A DNA stretch of 64,000 nucleotides, taken from an uncultured bacterium (GTDB lineage: Bacteria > Krumholzibacteriota > Krumholzibacteriia > LZORAL124-64-63). Under the pieces are notes generated by a model. The model was given only the letters and a program-made list of their open reading frames with translations, ran no database searches and was not told where the DNA came from. How positions within the stretch are numbered: position 1 is the first letter of the stretch; each line of letters starts with the position of its first letter. Below are positions 48,001 through 64,000 of this stretch, in pieces. The position numbers and the translations under genes were made by a program. The stretch spans positions 1-64,000 of the forward strand of contig CAVSZB010000008.1 of assembly GCA_963732385.1 (NCBI GenBank), given 5' to 3'.

Positions 48001-48153
48001 ATGCCCAGGGACCTGATCATCCTCGCCTGCAGCGACTGCAAGATGAGGAATTATACGGGGAAGAAGAACAAGCGGCTCCACCCGGACCGGGTGCAGTACA
48101 AGAAGTTCTGTCCCCGTTGCAACAAGCATACACCGCACAAGGAGACCCGATAG
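48001..48153 (+). CDS. rpmG: 50S ribosomal protein L33 (Zn-ribbon type); not in the ORF track
   Basis: [59 protein letters not shown]; position between tuf and tRNA-Trp. Confidence 0.96.
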   Translation: MPRDLIILACSDCKMRNYTGKKNKRLHPDRVQYKKFCPRCNKHTPHKETR

Positions 48154-48174
48154 GCAGGCGGATTCCTGGACGGC

Positions 48175-48250
48175 AGGGGTGTAGCTCAGTTGGTAGAGCA
48201 TCGGTCTCCAAAACCGAGGGTCGCGGGTTCGAGCCCTGCCACCCCTGCCA
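48175..48250 (+). tRNA. tRNA-Trp(CCA)
   Basis: TCGGT-CTCCAAA-ACCGA, GTTCGAG, GCCA end. Confidence 0.97.
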
Positions 48251-48291
48251 GACCGGCCCCGGGCCGGTATTGAGAAGGGCGGAGCGCGCTG

Positions 48292-48486
48292 ATGCTGACG
48301 AAACTGCGAGCGTATGTGCTGGACACGACCGCGGAGATGAAACGGGTTTCGTGGCCGACGTTTGCCGAGTTGAAGGAGTCGACGTGGGTGGTCATCGTCA
48401 CGGTGGCCTTCATCACGCTCTTCATCTTCCTCGTCGACAAGACATTGAATTTGACGATCAAGAATCTCATCAACATCCTCAGCTGA
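48292..48486 (+). CDS. secE: Preprotein translocase subunit SecE
   Basis: EMKRVSWPT motif plus a single TM; synteny. Confidence 0.95.
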   Translation: MLTKLRAYVLDTTAEMKRVSWPTFAELKESTWVVIVTVAFITLFIFLVDKTLNLTIKNLINILS

Positions 48487-48665
48487 GCCGGAGGTCCGGC
48501 CGGCGCGGGGAGTGGAGCGGCCTCGCCCCGTACCGGGGGGCCGCGAGCGCGCCAGCGAAAGCTGCCGGAATCGGGCAGGGCGCGCGTCGAGACCGTCGCG
48601 ACGGGGCCGTGGCCCGGTCGCCCGGTCGTGTCCGCGCGACCGCAGCGCACAGGGAGTGATTCGCC

Positions 48666-49406
48666 GTGGACGAGAGCAAGGAGAGGCTGGAAACCGACGG
48701 CGGTTCTCCCGCCGCGGACGACGCCCCCCTCTTCCAGGATTTCCCGGAGGAGGCGCCTGTCGCCGCGACCGCACCGGCGCCCGTCCTGCCGCCGGCGCCC
48801 GCTCCGGCACAGGCTGTCGCCGACGAGGAACATCCCGGCGACGACGCGGCCGCTGCGAAGGCGCGGCGGGCGCGCATGCGCTGGTTCGTTCTTCATGCGA
48901 ATACCGGCCACGAGAACAAGGTGAAGCGCAACATCGAGATGGCCGTCAAATCGGACCACATGGAGCAGTACTTCGGCGAGATCCTGGTGGCCACGCAGGA
49001 AGTCACCGAGATGAAAAACGGGAAGCGCGCGACCGTTAAGCGCAAGTTCTTCCCGAGCTACATTCTGATCGAAATGGAAATGACGAAGGATACCTTCCAC
49101 TTCATCAGCTCCATTCCGGGCGTGACCCGGTTCATCGGTGGCACTGAATTGCGCCCCGAGCCGATCGGGCAGGACGAAGTCGATCGGATCCTCGGCCGCA
49201 TGTCGAAGGTCCCGGAGGCGAAAACCGTCCTGGAGATCCCGTACGAGGTGGGCGACAGCGTGCAGGTGGTCGACGGGCCGTTCACCGACTGGATTGGCGT
49301 CATCAACGAGATCAATCACGACAAGGGCAAGCTGAAGGTGATGATCTCCATTTTCGGTTCGGAGACTCCGGTCGAGCTCGATTTCCTTCAGTTGAAGGCG
49401 GTCTAG
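48666..49406 (+). CDS. nusG: Transcription termination/antitermination factor NusG with N-terminal low-complexity extension
   Basis: RWFVLH..GHENKVK, FFPSYILIEM, GDSVQVVDGPF (KOW), FGSETPVELDF; GTG start after GGGAG. Confidence 0.95.
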   Translation: MDESKERLETDGGSPAADDAPLFQDFPEEAPVAATAPAPVLPPAPAPAQAVADEEHPGDDAAAAKARRARMRWFVLHANTGHENKVKRNIEMAVKSDHMEQYFGEILVATQEVTEMKNGKRATVKRKFFPSYILIEMEMTKDTFHFISSIPGVTRFIGGTELRPEPIGQDEVDRILGRMSKVPEAKTVLEIPYEVGDSVQVVDGPFTDWIGVINEINHDKGKLKVMISIFGSETPVELDFLQLKAV

Positions 49407-49604
49407 CCGGCCGATCTCTTCCGTGTCTGCGCCGGGAGTCTGGCCCGGAGGCGCGGGGCCGCAGGGACGGACTTCTCCCCGTCCGGCGGGATATATGAGG
49501 CGGCGTCGCCGCGGACGGTGGGCCGGGCGCCGGTGGACGGCGCGCGGACCTGACAAAGGTCCGGTGGAGGGGCTGTTTCCCACACTGGTCAGGAGTTGTG
49601 GCTC

Positions 49605-50027
49605 ATGGCGAAGAAAGTACTCACCAGCGTCAAGCTGCAGATTACGGCCGGCAAGGCGAACCCCGCCCCGCCGGTTGGTCCAGCGCTTGGGCAGCATGGC
49701 GTGAACATCATGGAATTCTGCAGCGCCTTCAACGAGCGCACGAAGGACCGTCTGGGCTTTGTGATCCCCGTGGTGATCACGGTCTACGGCGACCGGAGCT
49801 TTTCGTTCATCACGAAAACGCCGCCGGCCGCGGTCCTGGTCATGAAGGCCGCCGGTCTCGAAAAGGGGAGCACCGAGCCCTCCAAGAAGACGGCCGGACG
49901 GATCACCCGGCAGCAGCTGCGCGAGATCGCGGAGACCAAGATGCCCGATCTCAATGCCGGATCGATCGAAGCGGCGATGCGGATCATCGCCGGCACTGCG
50001 CGCAGCATGGGCGTCGAGGTCATCTGA
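49605..50027 (+). CDS. rplK: 50S ribosomal protein L11
   Basis: [22 protein letters not shown]. Confidence 0.98.
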   Translation: MAKKVLTSVKLQITAGKANPAPPVGPALGQHGVNIMEFCSAFNERTKDRLGFVIPVVITVYGDRSFSFITKTPPAAVLVMKAAGLEKGSTEPSKKTAGRITRQQLREIAETKMPDLNAGSIEAAMRIIAGTARSMGVEVI

Positions 50028-50136
50028 CCCCGGCCCCGGACGGGAAGCACGGCGTGCGATTCCCTGCGGGGAGGCGGCACACCGGAGAAGGGTCGCGAGC
50101 CCTTCGCAACTCTCGATCGAATTTGGAGACAAGACG

Positions 50137-50823
50137 ATGAAACACGGCAAGATTTTCCGCAATGCTCAGGCGGGAGTCGACCGGGACCAGGCTCGGGCTC
50201 TTCCCGAGGCCCTGCAGATCCTCGAGGCCTTTCCCAAGGCGAAGTTCGACGAATCGGTGGACGTGGCCATCAGGCTGAACGTCAATCCGAAGTATGCGGA
50301 CCAGATGGTCCGTGGCAGCGTCGTCCTGCCGGCGGGAACGGGCAAGACGGTCCGCGTCCTGGTGATCACCCGCGGCCCGAAAGAAAAAGAGGCGCTCGAC
50401 GCCGGGGCCGATATGGTCGGCGCGGACGAGTACCTCCCCAAGATCAAAGAAGGCTGGACCGACGTGGATGTCATTATCGCCACGCCGGACATGATGGGTG
50501 AGCTCGGCAAACTCGGGCGCATCCTCGGCCCGCGCGGGCTGATGCCCAACCCCAAGGTGGGCACGGTCACGATGGATATCGCCAAGGCGGTCCGGGAGGC
50601 CAAGGCCGGCCGCATCGAGTATCGCGTCGACAAGGCCGGCATCGTGCACGCGCCCGTGGGCAAGCGGTCTTTCAGCGCCGAGCAGCTCACGGAGAACGTC
50701 CACTCGCTCATGTCCGAATTGACGCGCGTGCGGCCCTCGTCCGTGAAGGGGGTCTACGTCAAGTCGGTTTTCATCTCGGGCACGATGACTCCGTCCATCA
50801 GACTGGACCACGCCGCGCTCTGA
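50137..50823 (+). CDS. rplA: 50S ribosomal protein L1
   Basis: KFDESVD, LGPRGLMPNPK, EYRVDK. Confidence 0.98.
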   Translation: MKHGKIFRNAQAGVDRDQARALPEALQILEAFPKAKFDESVDVAIRLNVNPKYADQMVRGSVVLPAGTGKTVRVLVITRGPKEKEALDAGADMVGADEYLPKIKEGWTDVDVIIATPDMMGELGKLGRILGPRGLMPNPKVGTVTMDIAKAVREAKAGRIEYRVDKAGIVHAPVGKRSFSAEQLTENVHSLMSELTRVRPSSVKGVYVKSVFISGTMTPSIRLDHAAL

Positions 50824-50865
50824 GTGCGGTGTGGCGCCGTTGTTCATGTTTAAGGAGGGTGCCTC

Positions 50866-51384
50866 ATGGCACGTCCGGAAAAGGTGGCCGCGGTCGAGGC
50901 CCTCGCCGGGAAGCTCAAGTCGGCCCAGAGCCTGGTGCTCGCCGACTACACGGGGCTGACCGTCGAGCGGATGACGGCCTTTCGCGTGCTCTGCCGCGCG
51001 AAGGGGGTCGACTGCCAGGTAGTCAAGAACCGCCTGGCCGGCATCGCCGCCGATCAGGCCGAACTGACGATCCTCAAGGATCATCTGAAAGGTCCGACCG
51101 CGCTGATCATGGGTCCGTCCAGCCAGATCGACCCGGCCAAGATCACGGTCGAGTTCGCGAAGGGGAACGCCAAACTGCGGATCAAGGGCGGGCTGCTCGA
51201 CGGCCGGTTCCTTGATTCGTCGGCGGTCGAGGCCCTCTCGAGGATCCCCGATCGCGAGGTCCTGCTGGCGCAGATCATGAGCGGTATGAACGGGCCGGCC
51301 CGTTCGCTGACGATCATTGTCAACGGTGTTGCCGCGGCGTTGACGCGGGCCGTCGACCAGGTGGCGAAGCAGAAGGCGGCCTGA
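50866..51384 (+). CDS. rplJ: 50S ribosomal protein L10
   Basis: DYTGLTV, VVKNRL, GPTA, IKGG; synteny. Confidence 0.96.
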   Translation: MARPEKVAAVEALAGKLKSAQSLVLADYTGLTVERMTAFRVLCRAKGVDCQVVKNRLAGIAADQAELTILKDHLKGPTALIMGPSSQIDPAKITVEFAKGNAKLRIKGGLLDGRFLDSSAVEALSRIPDREVLLAQIMSGMNGPARSLTIIVNGVAAALTRAVDQVAKQKAA

Positions 51385-51480
51385 GGGCCGAAAGGTAACC
51401 GGGACTCGAACGGGTCTTCCGCGGCCAGACCGAACGCGCGCGGATCGGCCCGATGCCAGAACGAAGAAGGAGAAGACGAC

Positions 51481-51867
51481 ATGTCCGACGCGATCAAGCT
51501 GAGCGACAGCGCCCAGAAGGTGCTCGATCTGATCGAGAAGATGACCCTCCTCGAGGCCGCCGACCTGGTGAAGGCCATGGAGGAGAAGTTCGGCGTGAGC
51601 GCCGCGGCCCCGATGGCCGTGGCCGCCGCCGTGGCGGCTCCCGTCGCTGAGGTGAAGGACGAGTTCGCAGTGGTCCTCACCGCCACCGGCGACAAGAAGA
51701 TCCAGGTGATCAAGGAGGTCCGCGCGATCACCGGTCTGGGCCTGAAGGAGGCCAAGGACCTGGTCGAGAGCGCCCCCACTACCGTCAAGGACGGCTTGAA
51801 CAAGGCCCAGGCCGACCAGATCAAGGCCAAGCTCGAAGAGGCCGGCGCGATCGTCGACCTGAAGTAG
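51481..51867 (+). CDS. rplL: 50S ribosomal protein L7/L12
   Basis: [30 protein letters not shown]. Confidence 0.98.
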   Translation: MSDAIKLSDSAQKVLDLIEKMTLLEAADLVKAMEEKFGVSAAAPMAVAAAVAAPVAEVKDEFAVVLTATGDKKIQVIKEVRAITGLGLKEAKDLVESAPTTVKDGLNKAQADQIKAKLEEAGAIVDLK

Positions 51868-51877
51868 CTCCTGCGCG

Positions 51878-51911
51878 GGCCCCCCGCACGGCCACGGCCG
51901 GGCGGGGGGCC
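51878..51911 (+). other. GC-rich stem-loop between rplL and rpoB (possible pause/attenuator)
   Basis: Perfect 10-bp inverted repeat GGCCCCCCGC/GCGGGGGGCC; no U-tract. Confidence 0.4.
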
Positions 51912-51976
51912 GTCGCGTCCCCACCGGTCGCCGGCGGGGCCGTCCTGGCACACCCAACGCGCAAGGAAGTGGTCTC

Positions 51977-55804
<3,828 letters not shown>

Positions 55805-55859
55805 AATCCGTCCCACGGCCCGGACCCGCGTTGCGCGGGGCCGGGGGGAGGTTGACCCG

Positions 55860-60041
<4,182 letters not shown>

Positions 60042-60058
60042 GCAGTCCGGAACGGCGC

Positions 60059-60087
60059 TTGACAAGGGGGGCCTCTGGACTTACTCT
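60059..60087 (+). promoter_or_regulatory. Sigma70 promoter of the str operon
   Basis: TTGACA-17 nt-TACTCT upstream of rpsL. Confidence 0.6.
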
Positions 60088-60181
60088 TAGCGGTCTGCCT
60101 GCGGGTTTTCAGCCCCGCGCGGGCCACAACGTTCAAGCTGGACCAGCGGCTTCGCCGGTCCGACACTCAGGAGATCAAGAT

Positions 60182-60556
60182 TTGCCGACTCTGAGCCAGT
60201 TGGTGCGTCATGGCCGCAAGGTGGCCACGCGCAAGAGCAAGTCCCCGGCGTTGATGAACTGTCCTCAGCGCAAGGGAGTCTGCACGCGCGTCTATACCCA
60301 GACCCCGAAGAAGCCCAATTCGGCGCTGCGCAAGATCGCTCGCGTGCGCCTGACGAACGGCATCGAGATCACCGCCTACATCCCTGGCGAGGGTCACAAC
60401 CTGCAGGAGCACAGCATCGTGCTCGTCCGGGGCGGTCGCGTGAAGGATCTGCCCGGCGTTCGCTACCACATTATTCGCGGCACGCAGGACGCATCGGGCG
60501 TTGAATCCCGTCGTCGCGGTCGCTCGAAGTACGGCGCGAAGCGCCCCAAGGAGTAG
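60182..60556 (+). CDS. rpsL: 30S ribosomal protein S12 (TTG start)
   Basis: [38 protein letters not shown]. Confidence 0.98.
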   Translation: MPTLSQLVRHGRKVATRKSKSPALMNCPQRKGVCTRVYTQTPKKPNSALRKIARVRLTNGIEITAYIPGEGHNLQEHSIVLVRGGRVKDLPGVRYHIIRGTQDASGVESRRRGRSKYGAKRPKE

Positions 60557-60559
60557 GTC

Positions 60560-61030
60560 ATGCCGAGGCGCAGACGAGCCGAGAAACGTCACGTTTTGCC
60601 GGACGCCCGTCACGGGGACCAGTCCGTCACCAAGTTCATCAGCTATGTCATGGTCGGGGGCAAGCGTACGCTGGCCGAAGGCATGGTGTATCAGGCGTTT
60701 GACACGATCAAGGAAAAGACCGGTCAGGAGGGCGTGGACGTCTTTCGGGCCGCTTTGAATAACGTCAAGCCGAGCCTCGAAGTTAAGTCGCGACGCATCG
60801 GTGGCGCCACCTACCAGGTGCCGGTCGAGGTCCGCCCGGAGCGGCGGGTCATGCTGGCCATGCGGTGGCTCATCAACTTTTCGCGCACGCGCGCGGAACG
60901 CACCTTTGCCGAGCGGCTTGCTGCCGAGTTGATCCTGGCGAGCAAGAACGAAGGACCGTCTATCAAGAAGCGCGAGGACACCCACAAGATGGCAGATGCG
61001 AACAAGGCGTTCGCCCACTGCCGGTGGTAA
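60560..61030 (+). CDS. rpsG: 30S ribosomal protein S7
   Basis: [31 protein letters not shown]. Confidence 0.98.
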   Translation: MPRRRRAEKRHVLPDARHGDQSVTKFISYVMVGGKRTLAEGMVYQAFDTIKEKTGQEGVDVFRAALNNVKPSLEVKSRRIGGATYQVPVEVRPERRVMLAMRWLINFSRTRAERTFAERLAAELILASKNEGPSIKKREDTHKMADANKAFAHCRW

Positions 61031-61210
61031 TGGTCCCTCTCGTTTTCGCCAGGGCGCAGCGCTAGGGATGCGGCTTCACACAACTCGATAGCCCCGACCG
61101 TTCCTCCCCCGGAGGGAATGGCGGGCAGAGACGTCGGACAGGCCGCACGCGGCTACTGTGCGCGTCGTGGAGTAACGGCGTTTGAGGTGATTCGGGGTCC
61201 GGGGGCAGGC

Positions 61211-63292
61211 ATGTCGCGGCAGGTCAGACTCGGGTCAGTGCGCGATATCGGGATTATGGCGCATATCGACGCCGGGAAGACTACCACGACCGAGCGCATC
61301 CTGTACTACACCGGACGTGTGCACAGGCCGGGCGAGGTCGACGACGGCGCGACCCAGATGGATTGGATGGAGCAGGAACGGGAGCGCGGGATCACGATCA
61401 CGGCCGCGGCCACGACCTGCATCTGGCGGGACCACTGGGTGAACATCATCGATACCCCGGGTCATGTGGATTTCACGGTAGAGGTGGAGCGGAGTCTGCG
61501 GGTGCTCGATGGGGCGGTGGCGGTTTTCTGCGGGGTGGGCGGCGTGGAGCCGCAGTCGGAGACGGTCTGGCGGCAGGCGGACAAGTACGGAGTGCCGAGG
61601 ATCGCCTTCGTCAACAAGATGGATCGTTCCGGCGCCGATTTCCGGCGCGCGGTGAAGATGATCCGGGAGCGGTTGGGCGCCAATCCGGTGCCGGTCCAGC
61701 TCCCGATGGGTTCCGGAGAAGGGTTCACGGGCGTGATTGACCTGCTCGGCATGCAGGCGCGGACTTACGACCAGGCCACCCTGGGCGCGAGTTTCGTCAA
61801 CGCCCCTATTCCGGACGAGTACGCGGCCGAGGCTGCGACGGCGCGTCGGCAGTTGATCGAGTCGCTGGCCGATGTGGACGAGGGGATCATGGAGTCGTAC
61901 GTGGCGGAACGTACGCCGACCGTGGAGGAGCTGCAGGCCGCGCTGCGCCGGGTCACCCTGGCGGCGGCGGGCGTGCCGGTTCTCTGTGGCGCCGCTGTTC
62001 GCAACAGCGGGATCCAGCCGCTGCTCGATGCCGTGGTCGACTACCTGCCCAGCCCGCTCGACAAACCGGTGGTGACCGGCTGGCGCCCGCACGACATGGC
62101 CGTGGTGACGCGCGGCACTGGCGACGACGAGCCGCTGGCCGCCCTTGCGTTCAAGATCCAGACCGATCGCCACGCCGGACGCCTGGCCTACGTGCGCGTC
62201 TACAGCGGCACGCTGACCGCCGGCAAGGTCGTGCTCAATGCGAATACCGGCAAGCGCGAGCGGATTACGAAGATCCTGCGCATGCACGCCAACAAGCGCG
62301 AGGAGCTCAGCGAAGCCCGCAGCGGCGACATCGTGGCCGTCGTCGGCTTCAAACAGCTCCGCACGGGTGACACCCTCTGCGCGCTCGATGCGCCGATCAC
62401 GCTCGAAGAGATGACTTTCCCGGAGCCGGTGGTCTTCGTGGCGATCGAGCCGCGGACCAAGGCGGACCAGGACAAGCTGGCCGAGGCTCTCGCCGCGTTG
62501 TCGGATGAGGACCCCACGTTCCACGTCCGCAAGGACGGGGACACCGGTCAGACGATAATCTCGGGTATGGGGGAGCTCCATCTCGAGATCCTGTGCGATC
62601 GGATGAAGCGCGAGTTCGGGGTCGGGTGCAACGTCGGCCGTCCGCAGGTGGCCTACCGCGAAACGATTGGGCGGGAAACGCGCCAGGAGTTCGTGTTCGA
62701 GCGCACCGCCGGCGGCAAAGCGCAGTTTGCCCGCGTCGTGCTGGACCTGGCGCCGCTGCCGATCGGCTCCGGCCTGCGTTTCGCGAGCGTCATCGCCCGC
62801 GATGCCCTGCCGGCCGGCTGGCTGGCGCACGTGGAAACCGGCGTGCGGCAGGCTTGCGACACCGGCGTGCTGGCCGGTTACGCGTTGACTGATCTCGCCG
62901 TGACGCTGGCCGAGGTGACCTTCCGGGAAGTGGATTCCACGGAGGCCGCTTTCCACGGCGCCGCCGTGCAGGCGATGTGGGACGGCGCCAAGTCCGCCGA
63001 GCCGGCTCTGCTCGAGCCGATCATGGCGGTCGAGGTTTCGGCGCCGGCCGAGTATCTCGGCGGCGTGATTTCGCAGTTGAACGCCAAGCGCGGCCGCATC
63101 CATGGCACCGAGCCCAGGGGCGAGGCACAGGTGGTCCGGGCGGAAGTCCCGCTGGTGGAAATGTTCGGCTATGCCTCGGACCTGCGCTCCGCGACGCAGG
63201 GCCGCGGCGGTTATACGATGCAGTTTGCCCGCTACGAGCGGGTCCCGGAGAGGATCGCGACGGAGATCATGCGTCGGTTCGTGGGCGCCTGA
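61211..63292 (+). CDS. fusA: Elongation factor G, divergent in domain IV (EF-G2/spdEFG2-like)
   Basis: [45 protein letters not shown]; str-operon position. Confidence 0.93.
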   Translation: MSRQVRLGSVRDIGIMAHIDAGKTTTTERILYYTGRVHRPGEVDDGATQMDWMEQERERGITITAAATTCIWRDHWVNIIDTPGHVDFTVEVERSLRVLDGAVAVFCGVGGVEPQSETVWRQADKYGVPRIAFVNKMDRSGADFRRAVKMIRERLGANPVPVQLPMGSGEGFTGVIDLLGMQARTYDQATLGASFVNAPIPDEYAAEAATARRQLIESLADVDEGIMESYVAERTPTVEELQAALRRVTLAAAGVPVLCGAAVRNSGIQPLLDAVVDYLPSPLDKPVVTGWRPHDMAVVTRGTGDDEPLAALAFKIQTDRHAGRLAYVRVYSGTLTAGKVVLNANTGKRERITKILRMHANKREELSEARSGDIVAVVGFKQLRTGDTLCALDAPITLEEMTFPEPVVFVAIEPRTKADQDKLAEALAALSDEDPTFHVRKDGDTGQTIISGMGELHLEILCDRMKREFGVGCNVGRPQVAYRETIGRETRQEFVFERTAGGKAQFARVVLDLAPLPIGSGLRFASVIARDALPAGWLAHVETGVRQACDTGVLAGYALTDLAVTLAEVTFREVDSTEAAFHGAAVQAMWDGAKSAEPALLEPIMAVEVSAPAEYLGGVISQLNAKRGRIHGTEPRGEAQVVRAEVPLVEMFGYASDLRSATQGRGGYTMQFARYERVPERIATEIMRRFVGA

Positions 63293-63326
63293 GTCGCCCA
63301 GGACAATTGAAGGAGGTCGACCGCTG

Positions 63327-64000
<674 letters not shown>

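Overview
High-GC bacterial chromosomal window with two parts. (1) About 1-40 kb is a surface/exo-polysaccharide locus: GT2 and GT4 glycosyltransferases, two CapK/phenylacetate-CoA-ligase-like adenylating enzymes, a CapA-GT4 fusion, a Wzy/O-antigen-ligase-like protein, a GtrB-GtrA-GT-C cassette, a Wzx flippase and a VanZ-CBM protein. Embedded in it (about 7.7-27.5 kb) is a complete assembly-line cassette: a ~5,100-aa hybrid NRPS-PKS with domain order [A-sub relic]-C*-A(Ser-like)-T-KS-AT0-AT-ACP-aminotransferase-C-A(unknown)-T-C-A(Gly)-T, a stand-alone thioesterase with a TubC-type docking domain, a methyltransferase, an ArnT-like GT-C membrane transferase and an Sfp-type PPTase. Small relics of a serine-acetyltransferase-like gene and an IS256 transposase are also present. 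(2) About 40-64 kb is core genome: ispF-ddl-cysS, a DUF5916/CBM9 protein, tRNA-Thr/Tyr/Gly/Thr, tuf, rpmG, tRNA-Trp, secE, nusG, rplKAJL, rpoBC, rpsLG, a markedly divergent fusA and a second, apparently identical tuf cut by the window edge. The leading hypothesis (inference) is that the NRPS-PKS makes a small amine-rich peptide-polyketide that is attached to, or glycosylated together with, the cell-surface glycan, rather than a freely exported antibiotic. All family assignments come from motif recognition by eye; no searches were run.
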